Shown here: positions 1 through 10,500 of the stretch, piece by piece
Position numbering within the stretch: the first letter of the stretch is position 1
Layout: the number at the start of each line of letters is the position of its first letter
Source: a virus
Taxonomy: Duplodnaviria; Caudoviricetes
Strand: one strand, 5' to 3'
Length of the DNA: 64,000 bases
Virus record (IMG/VR): IMGVR_UViG_2974778117_000001
Coordinates: 64,001-128,000 of that record
Notes under the pieces: model-generated
Seen by the model: the letters and a program-made list of their open reading frames with translations, nothing else
What the model was told of the DNA's origin: nothing
Database searches by the model: none
Position numbers and translations under genes: made by a program

Positions 1-73
1 CGATGATCGCGGCGAGAGCCGGGTCAACGAGAGCGATCTGACCGATCTGGTTGGAGTTCAAGGAAATCATCAT
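1..73 (-). CDS. Hypothetical early protein, 5' part only (runs off window)
   Basis: ATG at 73 with AGGAG RBS upstream, downstream of a sigma70-like promoter; reads MMISLNSNQIGQIALVDPALAAII. Confidence 0.6.
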   Translation of the reverse strand, partial: MMISLNSNQIGQIALVDPALAAII

Positions 74-122
74 ATCTACTTCTCCTAGGTTACGATTGGG
101 GCCAATCCCCGACCGTACAAAT

Positions 123-160
123 ATGATAAGACACTAGCACCCAGGAGTCAAGTACTTTCT
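123..160 (-). promoter_or_regulatory. Early sigma70-like promoter
   Basis: AGAAAGTAC-TTGACT-17 nt-TATCAT on the minus strand. Confidence 0.7.
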
Positions 161-346
161 TCAGATTTCTTCGGGTTCTTCAGCGATCACGACAAACTCC
201 AGCGTCTGGATTCGATACTTCTTCCACGCGCCGCGTTTGCCTTCCTTGTACCGATTGCGCGCCTTATCCGCTGTGACCCAATCGTGGTAGAGCGGACCAA
301 TCTGGGCACCCTTGCTGTTCACGATCCGATAAGCCAGTTCCATCAC
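161..346 (-). CDS. Hypothetical early protein
   Basis: 61 aa ORF with GAGGAG RBS, part of a run of small minus-strand genes. Confidence 0.6.
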   Translation of the reverse strand: MMELAYRIVNSKGAQIGPLYHDWVTADKARNRYKEGKRGAWKKYRIQTLEFVVIAEEPEEI

Positions 347-481
347 TTTCTCCTCGGGAGTTTGTGCTCATGATATGCGAAGTCCAGGATCATGATCACG
401 ATGCCACACAAGAAAAGAGCTGGGATGTGAAGCTGGAATCCTGCGACGATGAACAGCACCGCCAGAAGGATCGACCAGGTA

Positions 482-664
482 TCACGCAGGAATCTGATCA
501 TCAATCCTATCCCTCAGCTCTTTTGGAAGTAGTTCTGCTTGATCATCGCTTGGAAGTATCGACCAGGGGCGATGAAGATGCCACCCTGACAGGTCCAACC
601 GAGGCGGATGAACCGTTCTACCGCAGCGTGAGTTCAAGAACTGAACCGCCGACTGCAACGTCAT
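482..664 (-). CDS. Hypothetical early protein
   Basis: 60 aa ORF packed in the minus-strand operon. Confidence 0.45.
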   Translation of the reverse strand: MTLQSAVQFLNSRCGRTVHPPRLDLSGWHLHRPWSILPSDDQAELLPKELRDRIDDQIPA

Positions 665-676
665 ACTCGGTAGGAC

Positions 677-862
677 TCAGAGAATTGTCCATTCCTTCAC
701 ACCCTCCTCTTTCAGTTCAGGTACGATTTCGATCACCCAGTCATCACCCGGAGTCTGTGAAAAACGAGCTTCCAGAAGCTCACGGGCGCGTTCCGGGGAT
801 TCGGCGACGACGATAGCGCGGAGGCGAGGCTTTTCGCTGGTGGTCGCTTGATACTGCTGCAT
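677..862 (-). CDS. Hypothetical early protein
   Basis: 61 aa; start overlaps the upstream stop (TAATG), AGGAG RBS. Confidence 0.6.
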   Translation of the reverse strand: MQQYQATTSEKPRLRAIVVAESPERARELLEARFSQTPGDDWVIEIVPELKEEGVKEWTIL

Positions 863-1089
863 TATGACTCCTTGATGTCGGTTGAATGAGGTTCATTATA
901 TACGCGCTTGAAGCTCGGACTCAAGGGTTGCAGGGTGGCTGCATACAGATCCAGTTCCTTCCGAGCTACTTCTTCGGACGGGAACGGACCGTGGATGTCG
1001 CTCCAGGTTTCATCCCAGAACCAGTAGCCTTCATCGTTGACCACGACCGGATCGGCTGGATTGTCGGTGACGTAGCGGTACTTGCTCAT
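862..1089 (-). CDS. Hypothetical early protein
   Basis: MSKYRYVTDNPADPVVVNDEGYWFWDETW...; true start 1089 is coupled to the upstream stop (ATGA overlap). Confidence 0.6.
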   Translation of the reverse strand: MSKYRYVTDNPADPVVVNDEGYWFWDETWSDIHGPFPSEEVARKELDLYAATLQPLSPSFKRVYNEPHSTDIKES

Positions 1090-1508
1090 TGCATGTTCTC
1101 CTTGATGAACTTCTCGGCGCGCTCGAGACCGAACTCCTTGATCAGGGCGTCGCGCAGTTCGCCCGAGGAGATTTCCTTGATCGGCGGTGGTGGAGCCAAA
1201 GATTTCAGGCGCTCTTCCAGCTTGGTGAGCACTTGATTCTGATACACGATGCCACCTTCCATGTTCACGTGCAGAGCCGGGATTGCAGGACCACCCCATT
1301 CAGAGTTGGACATGCCAACCTTATACTTCGGGATGCTGTCGAGGGCTTCCTTCACCAGCTCATACGCGAATCCACGGACGAGTTCCATCGTCTCCTTCTC
1401 GCACTCGGTGCTGCTGTCATCTTCGTATCCGATGCAGACCAGTTCACCCAGCTTGTCGCTGATCTCTTCATGCAGATGATCAGCCTTGCTCACGACGCTC
1501 TGGCTCAT
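1086..1508 (-). CDS. Hypothetical early protein
   Basis: MSQSVVSKADHLHEEI...; the ORF track fuses it to the upstream gene through an apparent indel near 1563. Confidence 0.55.
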   Translation of the reverse strand: MSQSVVSKADHLHEEISDKLGELVCIGYEDDSSTECEKETMELVRGFAYELVKEALDSIPKYKVGMSNSEWGGPAIPALHVNMEGGIVYQNQVLTKLEERLKSLAPPPPIKEISSGELRDALIKEFGLERAEKFIKENMQ

Positions 1509-1700
1509 GCGGTGCGCACCCATTCGTCGCCATCCGAATCGATGAACGACTCGCCGACAGCCCAGCGTCAGGAGCTTCTCCCGGTCTGCGATCTCGATGT
1601 CTTTGTCGGCGTGGACCAGCAGTCCCACGGCTTCGGATTCGTTCAGCTCGACGCTGGTCTCATGACCCATGATGTCGGCGGTGACGGTGAATTCTTTCAT
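1505..1700 (-). CDS. Hypothetical early protein (apparent 1-nt indel)
   Basis: Removing one base near 1563 gives ...LAVGESFIDSDGDEWVRTA* with ATGA overlap onto the next gene; GAGGAG RBS. Confidence 0.45.
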
Positions 1701-1710
1701 GATGATCTCC

Positions 1711-1965
1711 TCAGGGATAGACGAACAGGTTGATGAAGTAGTCGCCCACCACGTCAGTGACGAGCAGCGTGCCGTAGTAGACCGAGCCGTTGCCTTGCAG
1801 ACCGTTGTAGGTCCAGCTCACGTCTTTGTGTTCCATGCTCCGGGCCTTTACGAAACGTTCCAGGATCTCGGTCATGTTCAGTTCGTGCTTCAGATCCACC
1901 GTAAACTGGGTCTGTTCCAGGTTGCGCGAGTCGATTGCTACGATGCGGGTCTTATTCATCTTCAC
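1711..1965 (-). CDS. Hypothetical early protein
   Basis: 84 aa, GGAG RBS, first gene after the promoter at 1998-2035. Confidence 0.6.
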   Translation of the reverse strand: MKMNKTRIVAIDSRNLEQTQFTVDLKHELNMTEILERFVKARSMEHKDVSWTYNGLQGNGSVYYGTLLVTDVVGDYFINLFVYP

Positions 1966-1997
1966 TCTCCAGGGGCGAATCCCCTTTTCATGGAACG

Positions 1998-2035
1998 ATT
2001 GTATGATACTCTTGGGCGGAAGTCAAGTACTTTCT
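1998..2035 (-). promoter_or_regulatory. Early sigma70-like promoter
   Basis: AGAAAGTAC-TTGACT-17 nt-TACAAT, with GAGTATCA immediately before the -10. Confidence 0.75.
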
Positions 2036-2040
2036 ACGGT

Positions 2041-2046
2041 TAAATA
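2041..2046 (+). promoter_or_regulatory. T4-type late promoter core TAAATA (first of a set)
   Basis: TAAATA precedes late genes at 2041, 7465, 13703, 14506, 18889, 21213, 21873, 24849, 25746, 30001, 52691 and 56957 (+) and 40925, 62244 (-); a gp55 homolog is present. Confidence 0.75.
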
Positions 2047-2051
2047 CAGAT

Positions 2052-2335
2052 ATGTTTCCTGCATCCAGAATCTTCGACATGACTATGGGGCATGATTGCC
2101 ATCCGCCCCAGAAAATCCTCGCCGGGTCCATGAATGTCCTGATCGAGAAGAAGCCTGCAGCCAGAACGGGAGACGCTATCCAGCCACACTGCTGTGGCAA
2201 TAGCTGTCACCCAACCTTCTGCGCGATGGGATCACCCACCGTGCTCGTCAATGGTCGTCCTCTCCAGCGCGTCACCTCAGTGGCAAGTTGCGGGTCGTGA
2301 TCATGACCGGCGCCATGACGGTACTAGTAGCATGA
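2052..2335 (+). CDS. PAAR spike-tip protein (gp5.4-like), apparent 1-nt deletion near 2297
   Basis: KPAARTGD, GHDCHPP, GSPTVLVNG; restoring one G gives ...CGSVIMTGAMTVLVA* overlapping the gp25 start. Confidence 0.85.
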
Positions 2336-2730
2336 CCACCCTCCAGCAGAATCCGATCTACAAAGACATCGACCTGAACTTCATGCCGAATCCGTTGACC
2401 GGCGATCTGACTCCGAAGGTCAACGTAGCCGCGATCCAGCGAGCTATCGGTCATCTGTTCCGTCTGAACCCATTCGACATTCCCTTCCAGCCGAAGACGC
2501 GATCAAACCTGAAGCGCTACTTGTTTGAGGGCAACGATCAGGTCGTCAAAGCGAATCTGGTCGAAGACCTGAAATGGGTCTGTACCAAGCTTGAGCCGCG
2601 CATCGAGGTGAAGGAGATCACGGTCAATGACGGCGACAATCCGAAGACTTGGGTCATCACCGTTGTCTATTTCATCCGGTCGCTCTCAACTGAAGAGCGC
2701 TTCAACTTCACAGTGGAAAGAGCACGATGA
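2332..2730 (+). CDS. Baseplate wedge protein gp25-like
   Basis: YKDIDLNF..NPLTGD, PFQP, LEPRI; lies before gp6. Confidence 0.85.
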   Translation: MTTLQQNPIYKDIDLNFMPNPLTGDLTPKVNVAAIQRAIGHLFRLNPFDIPFQPKTRSNLKRYLFEGNDQVVKANLVEDLKWVCTKLEPRIEVKEITVNDGDNPKTWVITVVYFIRSLSTEERFNFTVERAR

Positions 2731-4517
2731 AGAATCTACCCGTACAGAGCCTTGAGTTCGATCAGATCAAGGCCAACTTCAAAGACTTCCTGAAGGGCAA
2801 CCCGGATTACAAGGACTTCAACTTTGAAGCCTCGGGTATCAGCACCGTCCTGAACATCGCGTCCTACCAGACGCACTACATCGGCTACTTTGTCAAGATG
2901 CTGCTTGACGAGGCCTTCGCTGACTCCGCTCACTCCCGTTCCGCTCTGCTATCCCACGCCAAGGGCAAGGGAATGCTACCAAAGGGGCGCAAGTCGAGCC
3001 GTGCGGAAGTACAGCTGAAGGTCATTACCGATCTGACCAATGAACCGCTGAGCCGTAGCATCGCGCTCGACCGCGGTATGACTTTCAACTCGACCAACGC
3101 ATCGTCTGACTTCCGCACCTTCGCGGTTCAGGATGGTACGATTCTATATGATCGACAGGTCGATGGTCAAGTGGTCACGTACACCAGCGACGTCATCTCG
3201 ATCAGCGAAGGCACGTTCCGCACATGGAACTTCCTGGTAGACGCTTCGATCTTGTATCCGAAGTTCTCGATCCGCGACGAGAACATTGACATTGATACCC
3301 TGCGCGTGCGCGTGCGTGAGAACGACACCTCGACCGAGTACGTTGAGTACACGCTGGCGACTTCGATTGATGATCTGAGTCCGACCAGCAAGGCGTTCTT
3401 CGTATCTACCGACGAGAACGAGAACTACCAGATCTTCTTCGGTAACAACGTCTTCGGCATCCAGCCTCAAGGCGGAAACGCTATCGAATGCACCTTCATG
3501 AGCTGCAGCGGTGTCGGTGGCGATGGCGCCAAGACCTTCAGCTTCAACCGCCCAGACCCGGACGGTCCAGGAAGCATCGGCACCTACAGCAACTTCCAGA
3601 CCATCACGACCAACCAGTCGGCTGGTGGCGCGGAACCGCAGTCCGTTGAAGACCTCCGCTTCACTATCCCCAACAACTTCAAGCGTCAGAACCGCACGGT
3701 GACTCCGGGTGACTTCCGCTCGATCTTGACTGAGGAGTTTCGGAACATCGACTCCATGAACGTGTGGGGTGGTGAGTCCAATGCGCAACGCGACTACGGC
3801 AAGATCTACATCTCGATCAAGCCGAAGAACGCTGACCGCTTGACCGCGATCAGCCGTCAGAACATCACGAACGATCTGGTGCATAAGTACGGCATCGTAG
3901 GCATCGATCCGGTATTCGTTGACCCGGACTTCATCAATGTCACGGTCACGATCGTCCCGAATCTCGACCTTCGCAAGACCAACAAGTCGACCCCGGAGAT
4001 CGAAGCCTACATCCTGAATCGTCTGAACCTATACAACACGTCGGTCCTGAACCGCTTCGATAGCATGCTATCTGATGTGGATATGCTGAACTTCATCAAG
4101 AACGGCGAGTCCTACTTCACGTCCTTGTACAGCGTGAAGGTGCTCAACAAGCAGGTGACTCAGCTCCACAACTCGACCACGACACAGCTTGTCAACTTCG
4201 GTAATCAGCTCGTCCCGGGAACGATCAGCTCAACCGCAATCAGCTATTCGACATTCACGGCGCAGATCAAGGATGACGGAAAGGGTTTGCTGAATCTGAT
4301 CGACACCGCGACCGGCAAGGTTCTGGTGAAGGCTGGCACGATCAACTACACCAACGGACAGTTGAACTACACTCTCCCGGCTGCAGCACGAGCGGCTGGA
4401 TACGAGTCTAGCACAACTGGCATCATCGGGTTCAATGCCAGCCCGGTCAACCCGGACGTAAGTACATACTTGAACAACATCGTGCGCATCTCTGCATCGA
4501 AGGTCGGCAAGGCATGA
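2727..4517 (+). CDS. Baseplate wedge protein gp6
   Basis: LEFDQIKANFKDFL, DFNFEASG, FGNNVFG, QNRTVT..D, VWGGE, YGKIYISIKP. Confidence 0.9.
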   Translation: MKNLPVQSLEFDQIKANFKDFLKGNPDYKDFNFEASGISTVLNIASYQTHYIGYFVKMLLDEAFADSAHSRSALLSHAKGKGMLPKGRKSSRAEVQLKVITDLTNEPLSRSIALDRGMTFNSTNASSDFRTFAVQDGTILYDRQVDGQVVTYTSDVISISEGTFRTWNFLVDASILYPKFSIRDENIDIDTLRVRVRENDTSTEYVEYTLATSIDDLSPTSKAFFVSTDENENYQIFFGNNVFGIQPQGGNAIECTFMSCSGVGGDGAKTFSFNRPDPDGPGSIGTYSNFQTITTNQSAGGAEPQSVEDLRFTIPNNFKRQNRTVTPGDFRSILTEEFRNIDSMNVWGGESNAQRDYGKIYISIKPKNADRLTAISRQNITNDLVHKYGIVGIDPVFVDPDFINVTVTIVPNLDLRKTNKSTPEIEAYILNRLNLYNTSVLNRFDSMLSDVDMLNFIKNGESYFTSLYSVKVLNKQVTQLHNSTTTQLVNFGNQLVPGTISSTAISYSTFTAQIKDDGKGLLNLIDTATGKVLVKAGTINYTNGQLNYTLPAAARAAGYESSTTGIIGFNASPVNPDVSTYLNNIVRISASKVGKA

Positions 4518-6025
4518 CAACCTCAATCATTCCAGTCCTAGAGAGCAGGATTCCTGAGTTCGCTCGGGAATCCTACCCCTACTTTGTCAAGTTCATCAAA
4601 GACTACTTGACTTGGCTGGAACAGGACGACAACTTCCTGGGTATCGCCAACAACTGGCAACACAACATGGAACCGTCCAATGATGTGGAGCCGTATGTCA
4701 GCGCGATCCTGCGTGACCTTGGATTTGACGTGGCTCAAGACCTGTCAGTTCCGAAGTCCGTGCTGTTGCACTTCTTGCGTGACTTCTATCTGAGCCGAGG
4801 CACAGAGACGTCATTCAAGTTCCTGTTCCGCGCGCTGTTCAACTCGCCGGTAGAGATTCGCTACCCACGTGAGGAGATGCTGATTCCGTCCATCGCCAAC
4901 TATGCGAGCCGGAGCTACATCTTCACCTCAGCGAACAATCGCAACATCCGAGAATTCACCTCGCTTGTCAACTATGTGCGCGAGTATAGCGGTGAGCTCG
5001 TCGGGTTGACTTCCGAAGCTCGGACTAGCATCGAGAATATCAGCATCGTGTATGGACAGGGCACGCCCTACCTACTGATTGAGATTCTGGCTCCGCTGAC
5101 TGAGTTCCAGGTAGGTGAGCAGGTCAACATCATCGGGAACATCACGATCTCCGAACAGGTCAAGCCGGTTCTGTCGATCAAGATCAAGAACCCCGGGTCG
5201 CTGTATCAACCGGACGACTTGGTCTATGCCGATGGCCCGAACCTCCCGGGACGTGCATCTATTGCAGCTGTCAGCTCTGGCGGTGTGACTGGAGTGCAGA
5301 TCGACTCGCCGGGTGCAGGCTATCAGGTTGGTGATCGCATCTACGCAAGCTCGCTGGATAACGGCTGGGGCTTCAACGCTTACGTCACCGAAGTAGATGC
5401 AAACGGTGGCATCACTCAGGTTAGAGTCTCTTCAAAGGGCTACAGCTATGAAACTCTCCCAATGTTGCAAGTTCGCCAGACAGCGAACCCAGCAAAACTT
5501 GTTGCGATCAGCAGTGAAATTGGGGCTATCACCCGCATCCAAATCGCGGACCCGTTCGTTGACTTTGACGATGTGGCATTTGACATTGTCAGCGATTTCG
5601 GTAGCGGAGCGGTGCTTGAAGCTGAGCAAGTAAGCAGATATGAGACCCGAGAGTGGCTAGACCGCCGAGGCGTGATTGCTGAAGCCAGTACCATCATCGA
5701 CTCTGATAAATATCAACAGTTCTCCTATACCATTGTAAGCCCCATCCCCGCCGACCGCTATGATGCGTTTGTGGATGATCTGCTCCACCCAGCAGGCTAC
5801 ATCCGGACCAGCACATACGAAATCTACACCGCTGGTGAGATCGAAGTGGTTCCGGGCGGAGAGGAAGAGCAACCGTTGCCGCCGTTCGTGTTCATCGGCG
5901 ATCTGGTTCTCGCCTTGGAAGGTGGCTATGGTATGGACGTGATCGAGCAAGACATCATCGTCACAGACCTTGGTGATCCGATCATCACCGACGTGGAAAC
6001 TCCAATCTTGTATACAAAGGGTTAA
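4514..6025 (+). CDS. Baseplate wedge initiator gp7-like
   Basis: IPEF..E.YP.FV.F, FYLSRGTE.SFKFLFRALF, YQQFSY, LHPAG; synteny gp6-gp7-gp8. Confidence 0.75.
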   Translation: MTTSIIPVLESRIPEFARESYPYFVKFIKDYLTWLEQDDNFLGIANNWQHNMEPSNDVEPYVSAILRDLGFDVAQDLSVPKSVLLHFLRDFYLSRGTETSFKFLFRALFNSPVEIRYPREEMLIPSIANYASRSYIFTSANNRNIREFTSLVNYVREYSGELVGLTSEARTSIENISIVYGQGTPYLLIEILAPLTEFQVGEQVNIIGNITISEQVKPVLSIKIKNPGSLYQPDDLVYADGPNLPGRASIAAVSSGGVTGVQIDSPGAGYQVGDRIYASSLDNGWGFNAYVTEVDANGGITQVRVSSKGYSYETLPMLQVRQTANPAKLVAISSEIGAITRIQIADPFVDFDDVAFDIVSDFGSGAVLEAEQVSRYETREWLDRRGVIAEASTIIDSDKYQQFSYTIVSPIPADRYDAFVDDLLHPAGYIRTSTYEIYTAGEIEVVPGGEEEQPLPPFVFIGDLVLALEGGYGMDVIEQDIIVTDLGDPIITDVETPILYTKG

Positions 6026-6029
6026 GCTC

Positions 6030-7573
6030 ATGCCGTTCGCATTCACTCCACAAGTCAACACATTCGTTGCGGCTAACCTGATTGCCGGCATCCGCTCCTT
6101 GAAGCCATCAGCTAGACGTCCTCTGACACCGTACTCTCAGGGTACGCGTGTGGTCAATGGAGACAACGAGTACATCTCGATTCAGGGTGGGACTACCAGC
6201 TCTGGATCAGGCCCGACCGCTACCTCGGGCACCCAGTTCGACGGCACTGTCCAGTGGCTCGCGCTGGGATCAAACGCAGTACGAGATGGTGACATCAACG
6301 CCAACCTGTACATGTCAATCGGCAAGCAGACCGAGTGGCCCAACCCGACGACACCTCCGGCACCGGATCTCTCGGGCGCAAGTCAAGCTCAAGCGAAGTC
6401 CGATGCAACCGCTTTCCTCCAGGTCAAGCCCGACAACGTGCGACTGGGAATCAAGAACAACGCCTGGACAACCGGCACGATCTATTCTCAGTTCGATCCG
6501 AGCATTGACCAGTCGACCTATCCAACTCCGAACTACGTGATCGTTGACCAGACGTTCGTCTACAAGTGCCTCGACAACAACAATGGTGTGGCTTCCACAG
6601 TCCAGCCGGTCGGCACCTCGACCAACGTGATTGAGCTCAGCGATGGCTACATCTGGAAGTACGTTGCGCGATTGCTGCCAAGGATGTGATCGACTTCGGC
6701 AACACTCAGTTCTCTCCTCTCCCAACAGCGGTGGGTACGGCGCAGCCGGGTTCCATCTCAACATTCAAGGGCTTGGTCTCGTCATCAACTCCGTTCTCCG
6801 ACACAGCCACCATCGCCACAAAGGTGATCGGTTCCGGTAACGGCGCGTCGGCAGCGGTGAGGACAACGACTTCAGGCAATCAGGTCACACTGACCGGACT
6901 CTTCTCCTCAACTGGTGGTACTGGCTACAATGCAAATCCGACTCCGTATGCAATTGCTTATGACTCAGCTGCGACTGGCGATGGTGCAACTATCGCTACT
7001 ACTATTGCGTCCGGTGGAGTATCTGGTCTCTCGGTGACAACCGGCGGTTCAGGTTACACCGACGCTTTCGCAGTGATCATCGGTGACGGCACGGGCGCAA
7101 CGGCAAACGTGACCGTCTCGGGTGGTCAGATCACCAACGTCACCGTGGGTGCTGCTGGTACTGGATACACCTGGGCAATCGCGGTCGTGATTCCAGGTAC
7201 TGCTGGTGGTGCTGCTCCTGCGGTGCTCGCTCCGGTGAATGGTCACGGCTCGGATCTGGAAACAGAATTGCAAGCCAACACTGTCCTGGTGACTGTGCGT
7301 CTACTGGCTGCCCTGTCGGCTTACATCCCGACACAGAGTTCCAGCGTTGACGGTTCATTCCGTCAGATCACGCTGATCTCGGGTGTTCAGGGTTCGACCA
7401 GAAACGCGGAAGCGTATCTTGGTCCAGCAAACACCCAGTACGCGACGAACCCTGGCAACCTCAATAAATATCTGAATGGTAGTGGATATGTGTTGTATAT
7501 GAACAACATTGAGGCAATCATCCACACAGCCACTCAGGAAGAGGTCATCAAGATCTCGATCACACTCAAGTAA
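6030..7573 (+). CDS. Baseplate wedge gp8-like with Gly/Thr-rich extension (apparent 1-nt deletion near 6666)
   Basis: VYKCLDNNNG...STVQP...DGYIWKY; C-terminal YMNNIEAI...QEEVIKISITL; restoring G gives WKYVGAIAAKDVIDF. Confidence 0.75.
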
Positions 7574-7582
7574 AGGTCGATA

Positions 7583-10500
7583 ATGTCTAAGCTAGACTTC
7601 TCAGGAGCGCCATACACTGACGACTTCGATCCGCTGAAGGGGTTCCAGAAGGTTCTCTTCCGTCCGGGTCGAGCGGTTCAGGCGCGTGAGCTCAACCAAA
7701 TCCAGAGCATGTTCGGCAATCAACTGTCGAGCCTAGCTAACCACATCTTCAAGAACGGATCCAAGGTCAGCAACGGTCGCACCGCTCTGGCAGCGAAGTC
7801 GTATGTTCGCCTGCTGAACGATCCGGTTGTGTCGACTTACCCAGCTGGCACTCGCCTTGTCGGTGCAACCTCCGGCATCCAGGCGACTCTGGTCGTTGGT
7901 GTTGACCCGGAGAACGGTGATCCCTCAACCCTGTACGTGGTCTACACCTCGTCGGCAATTGACGGCACTACTTCGACGTTCATTCCGGGCGAGAAGATCA
8001 ACATCCTGGACGAGAACGGTTTCACCGTTGACGAGGTTGAAGTTCGCTGCCCGACTTGCCCAGGTTCCGGTCTGAGCGACACTATCGCTCCGGTTGGTCG
8101 TGGTCAGATGTTCTCGATTGACGAGGGTATCTTCTACTTCGAGGGGATGTTCATTGAGACTCCACCTCAGCAGATTATCGTCACCAAGTATCTGACGTAT
8201 GACACTGACGGCAACATCACCAACTTCGTCCCTTGCAAGATCGGCTTGGACTTCATCCAGTCCATCGTGACCTACAACGAGGACTCATCGCTGCTTGACC
8301 CGGCACTCGGCTATCCCAATAGCACGGCTCCGGGTGCTGACCGTTACAGGACTGAACTGCGACTGGTCAAGCGTGAGTACAATGTCGAGGACGGCGAGAA
8401 CTTCATTCCGCTGGCACGCCTGGGCGAAGGTCTGCGCATCGAGTTCATGAAGATGGACAGCGACTACGCTGACATCATGGACACCATCGCCAAGCGTACC
8501 TACGAGACCAATGGCGACTACACCATCCGTCCGTTCCGCGTCAGCTTCCTGAACAGCAAGAAGAAGACCGCATCTGACCCGCTGGGTTGGAGCGTGAATG
8601 GCAACGACGATGACCTCATCGCTGTCGTGACTCCTTCCGTGGCTTATGTCAAGGGCTATCGTGTCGAGACCATGGCTGACACTCCGGTGGCGTTCCGCAA
8701 GGCACGCGACACCAAGAAGATGGACAGCTTTGTCAAGCACTTCGATGGACGCACCTACATTCTCGGTAAGCCGGCAAGCAACGTGAGCTGGCCCAACCTG
8801 GCGACCGATTCCGGTACGATGGGTGGAACAGTCGTGACCCTGTACGATGGCGTGGCTACCTCGGGTGGCATCGCTGGTCAGGCAATCGGTACGTTCCGAG
8901 TCACCGATATGCAGTATGTGTCGGGCGATGTGGCTGCGAACACCGCGATCTTCAAGTATTACATCTACGATCTGAAACTGCTTCCAGGCTTCAAGCTGTC
9001 GCAGGCTCAGGGCTATGCTGTTTCCAACACTGGCTTCTACACGAACGTTGTCAAGGACGCGACCACCAACCAGGTCGAGATCTACAACAACAACCGTCAG
9101 GCCTTGATCTATCGTCTGGATCGCAACGACGTGAAGAGCCTTCGCTCTATCGCGGACGCGAACAACGGTTCCATCAATGTCGTGGTCCGCCGCAAGCTGA
9201 CTGGTGTTGCTGACGGTTCCGGTTCGGTGACCTTCACGACTTCGAGCAACGAATACTTCGACAACGCTGGTCCGTCGCTGGTCGGCTGGTACACTGCGAG
9301 CGGTACAACCCGGTCGTTCAACGCTTCGGCTGCAGCAAGCCTCAACCCGACAAGCCTGACTCTGAACATCGGTTCGGCTGCAGCGGGTGCATCGGTCACG
9401 GTCATCGCAGACATCCTGCGCACCAACCAGACCGAGAAGCAGAAGCTCCTAACCAAGCTGACGATCAACACTGTGATCGCTCCGGGCGAGAACATCGGCG
9501 ACAAGGTGATGCTGGGTAAGGCAGACGCGTTCCGCCTGAACAGCGTCAAGGTGTTCGTTGACGGTACTCCGACCGATCCAGTTGCCGACGTGACTTCTGA
9601 GTATGAAATCCATACCGGTATCACCGACACTGCTTATGGCGAATCCTGGATCCAGCGAGTCAAGGCTCCGGCATCGCCTATCAGCCCGACAATGCGTCTG
9701 GCTATCAGCTTCGACTACTACGAGCACAGCGGCAATCAGGGCTACTTCACTATTGACTCCTACGCTGCGGCGCTGAATGCTCCAGACAGTGATGTCACCT
9801 ATGATAGCCTGCCGACCTACGTGTCGATGGCTGGCGATTCATACCCGGTGGCAAGCTCTATCGACTTCCGCCCAGTCGTGATTGGTTCTGATCCGGTGAG
9901 CGTGTTGCTTCCGGCAAACGACTCGACCATGACATTTGACATCGAGTATTACCTGAGCCGTGCTGATCTGCTACAGATCAACAAGGATGGCGTGATCTAT
10001 GTCAAGGAAGGTGAGCCGAGCGAAACTCCGCGCATCCCGAAGACTGATGACAATGCAATGGCGCTGTATCAGATCTGGTTGACGCCATACACCTACAGCC
10101 TGAAGGACATCAGCACCAAGTTCATCGAGAACCGCCGCTACACAATGCGTGACATCGGCGCTATCGAGAATCGCTTGACAAACGTGGAGACCATCGTGTC
10201 TCTGAACCTGCTGGAGAAGTCGGCAGCCGATATGAGCATCAAGGACAGCAATGGTCTTGACCGCTACAAGAACGGATTCATCGCTGACAACTTCCAGGAC
10301 TTCCAGGCGGCTGATCTCCAGAGCAAGGAATGGCGTGCAGGTACAGACCGCACCCAGCGTCAGCTACGTCCGAGCTTCAAGGCATCGAACAAGAAGCTGA
10401 AATTCAACCTGGCGAAGTCGATTGGCGTTGCACTCCGCGGTAACGTGGCAACTCTGCCGTTCGACAATGTCATGTACATTGAACAGCCGTACGCTACCAA